DNA of 64,000 nucleotides from an uncultured Bacteroidota bacterium (GTDB lineage: Bacteria > Bacteroidota > Bacteroidia > Chitinophagales > Chitinophagaceae): positions 114,795-178,794 of the forward strand of contig CAWAID010000008.1 in NCBI GenBank assembly GCA_963782125.1. Direction: 5' to 3'. Positions within the stretch are counted from its first letter, which is position 1. Every line of letters begins with the position of its first letter. Made by a program: the position numbers and the translations under genes. Positions 39,829 to 48,540 of the stretch are shown here, in pieces. A model generated the notes under the pieces. It was not told the origin of the DNA and ran no database searches. It worked only from the letters and a program-made list of their open reading frames with translations.

Positions 39829-39970
39829 TCATGGTCGACGCTTAACCATGCCATCGTAAATAATCCTAGCATGTTTCACTTAGCGAGTTAGGCATTGAGA
39901 CTTTCTACGTTCTTTGTTCAAGGAAACGTCGAGATTTAGGTAGATAGACAATTGGTTCAATGGTACTCAC

Positions 39971-40153
39971 ATGACGATATTTGGTGTCAATATTTGGGAA
40001 ATAGCATTTTTCGTGCTACTTGTTGGAATAATGATCACCATCCTCCCAATCATTTTTGCGTTCAGGAAGAAGATAAACCTTGACACACCAAAGTATTGGT
40101 TTAAAGAAGCCGATTTCCTTGGGCAAGAAAAAAGAAAGACTTATCGCCAATGA
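39971..40153 (+). CDS. N-terminal TM segment of a SLATT-like 2TM protein (frameshift at A6 run ~40128)
   Basis: One TM helix; ORF ends just after caagaaaaaagaaag, where the next ORF frame takes over. Confidence 0.4.
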   Translation: MTIFGVNIWEIAFFVLLVGIMITILPIIFAFRKKINLDTPKYWFKEADFLGQEKRKTYRQ

Positions 40154-40562
40154 AGGACGCATACATGGGACATTGCTATACTGGAAAAACCAAGCTGCAG
40201 CTCATAAAAAGCTACACGATGCAAATATTTTTTGGGGATTGCTGTCTTCAGTAAGCTTACCAGTGCTAGTTCAATTTTACGATAAGGACAATTTGTGGGC
40301 TACAGCTTTCATGACTGTATTGACGTTTTGGACAGGCCTAATTTTCGCAATTGCCTTTACGCTAAAATCTGAATCTAAATATCAAGGGTTCCGAGCATCA
40401 GAATCTGATTACTATGATATAACTCGCATCTTATTGGATACTCCGGAAAGAGAACCTATCAAGCTAAAAACTCTGGTGAACGATTACATTGAGACAGTAG
40501 AAAAGATTAGAAAAATGGCTAGACGAGTTGAGACAGGCATACCACCATCGATTAAATTATAG
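40080..40562 (+). CDS. SLATT-like two-TM effector domain protein
   Basis: Two TM helices separated by a short loop; sits between ThsA (SLOG) and a TIR gene, as described for SLATT. Confidence 0.5.
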   Translation: MTHQSIGLKKPISLGKKKERLIANEGRIHGTLLYWKNQAAAHKKLHDANIFWGLLSSVSLPVLVQFYDKDNLWATAFMTVLTFWTGLIFAIAFTLKSESKYQGFRASESDYYDITRILLDTPEREPIKLKTLVNDYIETVEKIRKMARRVETGIPPSIKL

Positions 40563-40645
40563 GCAATAGCAGCTGAACGCGTATATTCTCAGAAGAACAG
40601 TTAGACTCTTCAAGTAGCAATCTAAATCCTATAAGGAACAATCCT

Positions 40646-41137
40646 ATGGCAAGACGAGTATTTTTTAGCTTCCACTATGAAAATGACGTGTGGAGGGTGA
40701 ATGTTGTAAGAAATAGTTGGGTTACTCAACATGGAAATGAAGCAGCAGGCTTCATTGATGCTGCTGCATTTGAGGAAGTAAAGAAGAAGGGCGACACCAA
40801 CATTAAGAATTGGATTGATAGTCAGCTTTCAGGGACGTCCGTCACTGTCGTTCTTATAGGATCACAGACAAATCAACGAGACTACGTAAAATACGAACTC
40901 TCAAAAAGCTATCAAAAGGGAAATGGAATTTTAGGCATCTACATTCATGGCATAAAGGATATAAACGGTAACATCTCTGTAAAGGGTTCAAACCACTTTG
41001 GTGAAATAGGGAAAGACGAGAAAGGGAATTCTGTCTACTTGAGCTCAAATTATCATTGCTATGATTGGATTGCGGACGATGGTTATAATAACTTGGGAGG
41101 TTGGATTGAGCAAGCGGCAAAAAGCGCTTCAAAATGA
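40646..41137 (+). CDS. thsB: TIR-like (DUF1863) ThsB-like protein 3
   Basis: VFFSFHYENDVWRVNVVRN hallmark of DUF1863/ThsB. Confidence 0.7.
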   Translation: MARRVFFSFHYENDVWRVNVVRNSWVTQHGNEAAGFIDAAAFEEVKKKGDTNIKNWIDSQLSGTSVTVVLIGSQTNQRDYVKYELSKSYQKGNGILGIYIHGIKDINGNISVKGSNHFGEIGKDEKGNSVYLSSNYHCYDWIADDGYNNLGGWIEQAAKSASK

Positions 41138-42141
41138 ACAGCACGACAATTGCGGAATTACAAATAGAGTATAATAAAAAACTCCCTCTCTTCCATCGAG
41201 CATTAAAAAATACGGTCGATGCCCTTGAACTGTTCATGGAAGAGCATAACATTTTGCATTTGGTGATAACTGGAAGAATCAAATCGTTTGAATCATTCGC
41301 ACAAAAGGTTGACAGAAAAAATTATAAAGACCCTTTTGTTGAAAATGAGGATTTCTGTGGAATCAGAATTATTGTCTTTTACCCGAGCGACATAAATGCT
41401 GTTCAGGAAATTATTGACACTGAATTTCAGATTGTTGAATCATTTGACAAAGTTGACTCACTAGAGGCGAATGAGTTTGGCTATCGATCGAAACACTCAA
41501 TAGTTATGATTAAGGATGAGTGGCTGAGCAGCCCTAATTATCGGAGTTTACAAGGAGTAAAAATCGAAATTCAGGTAAGGACAATTCTGATGCATGCTTG
41601 GGCTGAAATAGAACATAAGCTTGCCTACAAAAATGCGAACCAAATTCGTAAGGATGTCAAAAGACAACTTGCTAGAATCAGTGCTCAACTCGAAACAACG
41701 GATGAACAGTTTCAGAATCTTAAAGACAGTATTCAGAGCTACCAAGACGACATTAAACTAAGCGTACAAATTAGTAAAGCAGTACCTGCCACCGCAGATT
41801 TAGACTATGACAGCGTAAACGCTCTTCTCGAATACTACTTGCCGGACCTTCCTAATAATCGTGGGAATTTAATAAGAGTAATGGAGAGGCTGGCTAATAA
41901 TCACTACAGCCTGTCCAAAGTGGAAGAATTACTTAAGAAAATAAGGCCCTACATACTTGCCATTAATGAAGCGGTCTTTCCACGGAAGGAGTTATCCTTG
42001 ACTCGCGCCACTATCCTCGGCTACGCGATGGACATTTTTGAGGGCTATGATTCAAGTCCAACTGTGGCTTATTCCGAAACTCGGCGAACTGTTGTCGAAG
42101 CATTCAGGAAAATAGTTTCGGAAGTAAATGACGGAAGCTAA
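41134..42141 (+). CDS. RelA/SpoT-domain nucleotide pyrophosphokinase (toxSAS/CapRel-like) with ~150-aa C-terminal extension
   Basis: GRIKSFESF, CGIRIIVFYPSD, YRSKHSIV and EIQVRTILMHAWAEIEHKLAYK RSH synthetase motifs. ATGA overlap with thsB3. Confidence 0.75.
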   Translation: MNSTTIAELQIEYNKKLPLFHRALKNTVDALELFMEEHNILHLVITGRIKSFESFAQKVDRKNYKDPFVENEDFCGIRIIVFYPSDINAVQEIIDTEFQIVESFDKVDSLEANEFGYRSKHSIVMIKDEWLSSPNYRSLQGVKIEIQVRTILMHAWAEIEHKLAYKNANQIRKDVKRQLARISAQLETTDEQFQNLKDSIQSYQDDIKLSVQISKAVPATADLDYDSVNALLEYYLPDLPNNRGNLIRVMERLANNHYSLSKVEELLKKIRPYILAINEAVFPRKELSLTRATILGYAMDIFEGYDSSPTVAYSETRRTVVEAFRKIVSEVNDGS

Positions 42142-42230
42142 GCATTTTTGAAAGCGAACCTCTTCAAAGTAGGTTTACTCTCTACTAGATACTAATTGCA
42201 CACCGATGAGCTCCTTGTCTTGCAGAAGCA

Positions 42231-42551
42231 TCAGAAAGGCTTCACGGGTACCGCACCTATCGTATCGCATCGAGCCGTAGCCAAAAGCAAACCGAAACTA
42301 TCGGCTTCATCAATTTTAAGGTGGAGACTTTGCAATTTTCTGTTTGCCCCCTCACTAAGCATGTTATCGAAAAATGGGAACAAATAAGGACTGCGATATT
42401 CCTGCTGCGTCTTAGGAAGCGTAAGACTGACGGCCGGGAACCTTTTATCCCGGTAGAAACTATCATCATATCGAAATACATAACTATTGCGAGACTCCTC
42501 TGTTAGGATTCCAGCTACGACCCTATTTCTAAATACGATTGCTTTTCTCAT
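42231..42551 (-). pseudogene. Orphan HipA N-terminal domain fragment (no kinase core downstream)
   Basis: VFRYDDSFY...FPFFDNMLSEGANRKLQ...DTIGAV matches the HipA N-subdomain. The next gene is the plus-strand RSH gene. Confidence 0.6.
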
Positions 42552-42707
42552 TGATCATCTGCTGATTTTTACCTACAGACACAGTTCCAAAACAGGTAGA
42601 ATTTTTGCGACGTTTGTCCGTGGTATTTCACACTACTATAATAAGGCGATCCGCCTTATCGACGACAACCAATTTCCAATCGGCCGTGCGTCTGTTCATG
42701 TTCAAGG

Positions 42708-42731
42708 CCTGTTCATATTTGTATGAACAGG
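42708..42731. promoter_or_regulatory. Palindrome cctgttcata-tttg-tatgaacagg with an extra ctgttcat half-site upstream
   Basis: Perfect 10-bp arms; lies in the intergenic region between divergent genes. Confidence 0.4.
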
Positions 42732-42838
42732 GTATTTTTCTGAACACCCACGTCCAGCAAGAGTTTGCCGGAACGAGCCGTGATATAGTATGGAGCAAAG
42801 GCGAGCCTTAATTCCAACCTTAGTAAATTCATGGCAAG

Positions 42839-43693
42839 ATGCAAAGTGAAAGCCTTTCTTTTTTTGAAGCATTCTATCGAGCTATTTCGAATCAAGACGT
42901 ACCGCAAACCAATGATCTGTCACTTAAAGCTGATCTTGAAAAGCTGGACCCCGTCGAGGCAAGCGACCTGATTCAGAAACGGCTCATTGACATCCAGCCT
43001 AACGACGAATTGCTGGGCCTATATGATTCTATCAAGGCGTTTCAGCAAGAAAATATTGGAGAGTTTCATCAGTTCCATGAGGACCATACACTCGTTGAAG
43101 CGACTGCGCAGATGGCAGGCAAACTTAGCGGCAAGTCAGAACCTTCATTGGATATGATACCGAAAGTGATGGCAAAACTTGAAGAAGCATTAATAGCGAG
43201 GGCGCACGTCCAAACACTAAAACAGTACGAGCGGACTAACGCAGAAGCTTTGCGGGAGTATCGATTCAAGAAATTGGAAGAGCAAGCATCTGATAAGCTG
43301 CAGGTAAATGATGCGACAGGAGAAGTAAATACGCATAGCGAGTTTACCCACACTCAACAGGCTATCGCTATTCACTTTTTATTTCATGAAGCGCTTGGGA
43401 TTTTAGGCGTAGACAACACGCGGCTAATGGAGTTTGCACATTTGCTTTCTGCCAAAAAGATTCCACTCAATAAAGAGACAGGTAAAGAGAATATTCGCAA
43501 CAGCGGAATCAAAAGTGCGTTCAATAAAGCCTGGAAGAAAGAAGATGCCAACCATTTAGCAGATCTACGTTTCGTATTGCGCTTCTTCAAGGCACTTAAT
43601 GTTGATAGTTCAATAGGGATACAGAACGCAGTTGCTGCCTTGGAGAAACGTATCGCCAGAATCAGCGAAAAACTTAACAGGGAGAAGGATTAG
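42839..43693 (+). CDS. Hypothetical helical protein (possibly RteC-like regulator of Bacteroidetes mobile elements)
   Basis: 284-aa helical protein located just upstream of an excisionase-like HTH gene; assignment by context only. Confidence 0.3.
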   Translation: MQSESLSFFEAFYRAISNQDVPQTNDLSLKADLEKLDPVEASDLIQKRLIDIQPNDELLGLYDSIKAFQQENIGEFHQFHEDHTLVEATAQMAGKLSGKSEPSLDMIPKVMAKLEEALIARAHVQTLKQYERTNAEALREYRFKKLEEQASDKLQVNDATGEVNTHSEFTHTQQAIAIHFLFHEALGILGVDNTRLMEFAHLLSAKKIPLNKETGKENIRNSGIKSAFNKAWKKEDANHLADLRFVLRFFKALNVDSSIGIQNAVAALEKRIARISEKLNREKD

Positions 43694-43787
43694 AAATTTG
43701 GGGTAGCCCCACCGCCTACCCCACCGCTTACCAATTTTGACTTTTACTGTCCGCTTCTTTCTAAACCCTGAAGCGTAAGTAAAAGCA

Positions 43788-44127
43788 ATGGAGAAAATCA
43801 TTCTCACAACACCAGAAGAACTTAAGGCAGCTCATCACAGATTCCGTGCGAATTGCATTGAAAAACCACGATACGTCACCGGAACAGGATGCAAAAGCAC
43901 ACGGTGGTACAAAGTACTTGACCGTTGCAGAGGCTGCACGTTACCTGAATCTCGCGAAGCAAACTGTTTATGGCTTCACGAGCAGTCGTACCATTCCATT
44001 TATCAAACGGGCAAAGCGGCTTCTATTCACAAAAAGTGATTTGGATGCCTGGCTCGCCCAAGGCAGAAAGCAATCTATCTCCCAAATGAGGATAGACCTC
44101 GCTGGTTCGACTCAGAAACGCGCATGA
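43788..44127 (+). pseudogene. Excisionase-like HTH_17 DNA-binding protein, frameshifted near 43835
   Basis: Frame 0 MEKIILTTPEELKAA; frame +1 LITDSVRIALKNHDTSPEQDAK...YLTVAEAARYLNLAKQTVY...IPFIKRAKRLLFTKSDLDAWL. Confidence 0.6.
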
Positions 44128-44384
44128 CACCTACTATATCCGAGTAGCATGCTTTGAAAAATTCAGTTTTTGAACCCGTTTTCCAATTCAGCATACTAAA
44201 AGCCAGCGCGCCAGACGAATCTGACTGCGCTTTCGCGAACTTCTGATGGGAAAACCTCATTCTGAAACTAAAAGCACTCGGAAAAGCGCCGGTTTCTTAG
44301 TCGCCAATTTGCCAAGCATTTGCCGCTGTTTAGCCGAGCCCTAGCCGCCGATTTGCTTAAGTGCAAAAAACGGCAAGAATATTC

Positions 44385-44403
44385 GCGAAAAGTCACTTTT
44401 CGC
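44385..44403. promoter_or_regulatory. Palindrome gcgaaaagt-c-acttttcgc upstream of the 44444 gene
   Basis: Perfect 9-bp arms ~40 nt upstream of the start codon. Confidence 0.35.
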
Positions 44404-44443
44404 AGTTGAAACTATACCCAAACCCACTAAAACCATAACAACC

Positions 44444-44950
44444 ATGGCCATATTCAGTCCAAACCCTACTCCGGTCAGTGCCAGCAGTGCGCAGCCCACT
44501 CAGATTGCTGCCCTGACAGCGAAGTATCAGAAGCAGATAGAAGAGCTAAACGTAAAAATCAAAGACCTTGAAAGCCAACTCTTACACAGCGGAGTCAAAG
44601 AAGACGCCGGTTTCCTTCTTGCAGATAAAGTAAAAAACTACGCAGCTGGCATCGAAACGCGTAATCAGTGGCTGGAGGAAAGAAATGCTCGGCTTGAGAA
44701 TCCCAAGGGCAGCCATTATCCCTCGTTAAGTTGGCCAGGTAAAATCATTTTTTGTATCAAAAAGATGAAACGTCCATTGCGCTTTCAGGAAATCATGCAG
44801 GAATTACTAGTCATGGAGCGGCTTCACAAGACAGAAGCATGGCTTACTGAGAAAACAATTTCAGTTACGCTATCTGGAATGGCTAGGGATAAAAGACTAC
44901 ACAGCGAAAAAATGAGAGGTACACGTGGCCAATTTCTATGCCCTTATTGA
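44444..44950 (+). CDS. Hypothetical protein (N-terminal coiled coil, C-terminal wHTH-like)
   Basis: ORF only; no domain assignment. Confidence 0.35.
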   Translation: MAIFSPNPTPVSASSAQPTQIAALTAKYQKQIEELNVKIKDLESQLLHSGVKEDAGFLLADKVKNYAAGIETRNQWLEERNARLENPKGSHYPSLSWPGKIIFCIKKMKRPLRFQEIMQELLVMERLHKTEAWLTEKTISVTLSGMARDKRLHSEKMRGTRGQFLCPY

Positions 44951-45075
44951 ATGGTTGGAAGCAGATGGACACTTGAACGAGAAAATGAAGCGGATGATGT
45001 GGTAGGGAGGTTGCTTGGATAAATGAGAGATTGATATGCATAAAAAAGCACAATCAATATATGTTGTAGAGCCGA

Positions 45076-45381
45076 ATGTGTCTTGCGCTGCTTATTTTGT
45101 GCCGAAATCACTATCCAGCAGGGCTATTAAGAATGGAGGGGGAGGCACACCAAAATATCGCAACCGTTAAGCTAGGGATTGTTGTAAATGTTCGCATGGA
45201 TGTTGTACGCCCATTTGGATTTATAAGAACATTTCGCTCGCCTGAAGATTTTACTAGTAAAACTTCATTTGGTAATGGAGATACCTACTTCGGCACTGAA
45301 TGGCAACAAAACTGTGATTTGTCCGTCGGTGACGTCGTTGTATTTGATGTTCAGACTAAAAATAGACGCCCGTACTGGTGA
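45076..45381 (+). CDS. Cold-shock-domain-like OB-fold protein (may be the frameshifted N-terminus of the following exonuclease protein)
   Basis: GIVVNVRMDVVRPFGFIR...LSVGDVVVFDV resembles CspA-like GxVKWFN..GFGFI...G..V.F.V. Confidence 0.4.
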   Translation: MCLALLILCRNHYPAGLLRMEGEAHQNIATVKLGIVVNVRMDVVRPFGFIRTFRSPEDFTSKTSFGNGDTYFGTEWQQNCDLSVGDVVVFDVQTKNRRPYW

Positions 45382-47569
45382 AGCTAAACAGTCTGCTCGA
45401 TTTGTCTCTATTCGTGTACCAATATTCATACTTACAGAAAAAGAGGGCAGCCATGATGTCTTCATCCTTCACAAAGCTGCATTCGGTTATAAAATTAATG
45501 GCCCCAAAAACGAGCCCGTACAAACTGGCTTTTTTATAGCACGTGTGTTTCGGAAGGGTACCGAATATGGAACAACGTTGGAGGTTGAACATTTGGGGCC
45601 GTTGCCCGACGGCGCTGTTGTAAGACGATGGGCGGCCGCACTAGTTGAGCAGATAGCTAAGCACCGGTCTTTTGCTCAAACGCTGTCTATATTTTGTGAG
45701 TTAGTCAGGGACCGGTACCCAACCATAAGTAGCCTTTCTGTTGTTTACCACTTCTTGGGCCGCTGGCTTGAATCTGAGAATTGTTTTTTGCACTTCCTGA
45801 ATGGTGTAGCCAACTTGAAAGTCCAGTCAATTGCCATGCGGACTGTTCTTCAGGCTGCCGAGGTACTACAGAGCATTCCCCTTAAGTATGCCCTCTGGTT
45901 GAACGGAGTCTTAAAAGCGCCACCAGAACTGATTACGCCGCATCACATTACTGGGTGGAAATGCGTGCTTACGACATCCGATTGGCAAACCTTATGGAGT
46001 TTTTTCAAAAAGTTGGCATCTGACTTTCCGAGGCGGCCTGAAACGCAGCATACACTACGATACATTTTAGAGCAGAGGATTCACATTAATACAGATGAAG
46101 ACTGCAATGAAATCATTAGGGTACTGAAAAGAACAAGGCTTTTATATCCGCACATTCAGGTTCAAGAAGCCCACATAGCGGCGAATAAGACGCAATTCAT
46201 AATCCGCCTTTGGCAAGAAGGCTTGCTATCCGATTTATCAGAAACTGTATTCAAAGCTCACCTTAAAGAAAGCAACGCTACGGAGCTTGCGACCGAACTT
46301 TCGGTATTAAGCTCCGCACAGCAGATTCAGTTGCTGTCGCATTCCGAGAATTACGCGAAGGAATTTCAATCCGCATCAGATAGTGCTTTCTACGACATTC
46401 TACCTCCTATTCTCTTTGTTGATATTGAAAGTGACGGAGACAAGGTTCGTGAACTGGCTTGGCATTACAAGGGTGAAACAACAGAATACACTAAGATTGA
46501 AGAGGGTATCTCTGCTCTGAATGCCATTATCGCCCGTGACAACCCAATCGTCGCAGGCCACAATATCATTCGGTTTGACCTTCCTATTCTTGAAAGTAAA
46601 GGTCTCGCAACTGAAAAGCTTGTGTTGCTGGATACGCTGCTGTTGGAAACAGTTTTGCAACCAACTCGCACCAGCCATGCGCTGCGCACCGGACACCGGG
46701 CGGCTGCTGACGTGAAGGTTACTGCTGCGCTTTTCAATTCGCAAATAGCACGCCTCTGTCTTGCCGATAATGAGCTTGTAACGGAGCTCATCAAGCTATT
46801 GCCTGCATCCATCGGCATAGGTGTTGCTGAACTCCGAAAGCAATCAATTCAGTCTTTTCTTGCCGCGCGCGACGATCTCTTCTCGGGAGATAATTTTTTC
46901 CATCGCGCATCCGAAAAAAATGCAGTGCCCGCCGAAATAGCATTTGCCATCAAAGCCAGCCGGCAGCGTTCGCAGATGGTAATTGTGCCCGAGATTTTCT
47001 GGTCGCAGCTGCTCCATTCCGGCATTTGTCTGTTTGCAAATGAAGGCCATTCATATGGTTACGTCATTTCTGCCAGAAAAGTTACCGAGCTGCAAAGTGA
47101 AATGCCGTGGCTTGCGCTTGCAGCAAAACATTACATCGGTCAATGTGCCGCAGAAGAGCGCATTCCACACCTGGCAATGCTTTCACCGTATCTACGGTTT
47201 GCACTTGAAGGGTTGGAGGCGCGCATTTGCTTCACGCTTTCAGAAGCACTCAGGCAATTTTCGGATGCCGCCATCTGTACCTCCCCTGATTTTTATTCAG
47301 CGACTCCTCTGCAACCGCTGCCCTACGCTGTGAATGCTGCGCTCATAGTAGCCCCGTTTCTTTCCCGCCAATCCGCCCACAGATTGTTGGCCGAGGTAAC
47401 GATGTCTGACCTCCTTACCATCCTGCCGGGCAGCAAGGTCTGGATGCAATTTTCAGGAGGAACCAGCCTTGTTCCGCTGGATAATGAAGACGCGTTGAGG
47501 CTAAGTGGCAAGAACCTTGCACAAGTCGGAGACTGCTGGCTGCAGCGAATAGGTCGCAATGAGATTTAA
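45269..47569 (+). CDS. Large protein with central DEDD (DnaQ-like) 3'-5' exonuclease domain; start uncertain
   Basis: Exo I ILFVDIESDGD, Exo II VAGHNIIRFDLPIL, Exo III HRAAADV. Confidence 0.6.
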   Translation: MVMEIPTSALNGNKTVICPSVTSLYLMFRLKIDARTGEAKQSARFVSIRVPIFILTEKEGSHDVFILHKAAFGYKINGPKNEPVQTGFFIARVFRKGTEYGTTLEVEHLGPLPDGAVVRRWAAALVEQIAKHRSFAQTLSIFCELVRDRYPTISSLSVVYHFLGRWLESENCFLHFLNGVANLKVQSIAMRTVLQAAEVLQSIPLKYALWLNGVLKAPPELITPHHITGWKCVLTTSDWQTLWSFFKKLASDFPRRPETQHTLRYILEQRIHINTDEDCNEIIRVLKRTRLLYPHIQVQEAHIAANKTQFIIRLWQEGLLSDLSETVFKAHLKESNATELATELSVLSSAQQIQLLSHSENYAKEFQSASDSAFYDILPPILFVDIESDGDKVRELAWHYKGETTEYTKIEEGISALNAIIARDNPIVAGHNIIRFDLPILESKGLATEKLVLLDTLLLETVLQPTRTSHALRTGHRAAADVKVTAALFNSQIARLCLADNELVTELIKLLPASIGIGVAELRKQSIQSFLAARDDLFSGDNFFHRASEKNAVPAEIAFAIKASRQRSQMVIVPEIFWSQLLHSGICLFANEGHSYGYVISARKVTELQSEMPWLALAAKHYIGQCAAEERIPHLAMLSPYLRFALEGLEARICFTLSEALRQFSDAAICTSPDFYSATPLQPLPYAVNAALIVAPFLSRQSAHRLLAEVTMSDLLTILPGSKVWMQFSGGTSLVPLDNEDALRLSGKNLAQVGDCWLQRIGRNEI

Positions 47570-48497
47570 GGCGTGGCAAAGCAGTAACCTGGATACCACA
47601 CTCTCGGTGGCCGGTATCAACAGCGTAGTAGAAATAGACTGGCTTAAGCCAGCGCCATCAATTCGTCTCCGGGCACTATTGGGTCGTGATACGCCCGGCG
47701 ATACGCAGCGAAGCGTTAACCCAGAATCATTCTATCGCAGCCTTTACTGGACGTACGCAGCTAAGCTCATCAGCCGCCTTAAAGAATTATTGCCAATTGT
47801 GCTGTTGATAGAAGCAGAGGAAGAGCTGGACAAAGTGGCGGGCCTCTTTAGAAGTCGCGGCTATTATGTGCCGGAGCGCAAAGCCGGGCTGCGCAGAAAG
47901 CTGGAATTGCTTGCCAGCGCAGGTAAGAAACAAGCGCTACTGCCATTGTCTTCGTCACAGCTAGCCGAAGTACTTCAATGCCACTTGGATACGCCTTTTC
48001 AATTTGTCAGAGAATCTCTCAGGCTTAGCGAGTCGGCGCTGCTCACGCCGCGTAAGAACGGAGAAGGGTATCGTGAAACGTCTGAACATTCCGGTGAAGA
48101 CGCGCCAGCGCATCAGGATGAAGACGAAAAGAATGACGAAACCGAAATGCCAAAGCGTTCTTTAAAGGCGCAAAATGCCTTCGCGGGCTTACAGCGAGAG
48201 CTCTTACTTGTACAGCATCAGGCATCCGCCATTATAGCTTTGAACCAAGCCAACATCTATACGCTGCTTGACCCCCGCGTTGGCGACTATCCAGGGTTGA
48301 ATGAGGAATATGGCATCGGTATTCAACGATGCGCAACATGGGAGCGAGAAGAAGATTACAAGCGCGATTTGGAGAAAGCACAGGTTTTCTTTGGAAGCGT
48401 TGGCGTTCCGGACGAAGCCACAAAGCTTAGCCCTGAAGAAGCTATTGAACGTCTGAGGCCTATCTTCCTAGAAGCGAAAGATTCTTTGGCGAGATGA
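47559..48497 (+). CDS. Hypothetical protein with acidic linker, translationally coupled to the exonuclease gene
   Basis: ATG overlaps the upstream stop; no known domain. Confidence 0.35.
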   Translation: MRFKAWQSSNLDTTLSVAGINSVVEIDWLKPAPSIRLRALLGRDTPGDTQRSVNPESFYRSLYWTYAAKLISRLKELLPIVLLIEAEEELDKVAGLFRSRGYYVPERKAGLRRKLELLASAGKKQALLPLSSSQLAEVLQCHLDTPFQFVRESLRLSESALLTPRKNGEGYRETSEHSGEDAPAHQDEDEKNDETEMPKRSLKAQNAFAGLQRELLLVQHQASAIIALNQANIYTLLDPRVGDYPGLNEEYGIGIQRCATWEREEDYKRDLEKAQVFFGSVGVPDEATKLSPEEAIERLRPIFLEAKDSLAR

Positions 48498-48540
48498 GCA
48501 GCTAAGATACTTTGACATCATCCTTCCACAGGAGCAACAT

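Noticed and set aside
45356-45592. 78-aa minus-strand ORF overlapping the start of the exonuclease gene
   Set aside because: AT-rich region produces short spurious ORFs. It overlaps two plus-strand ORFs with recognisable domains.
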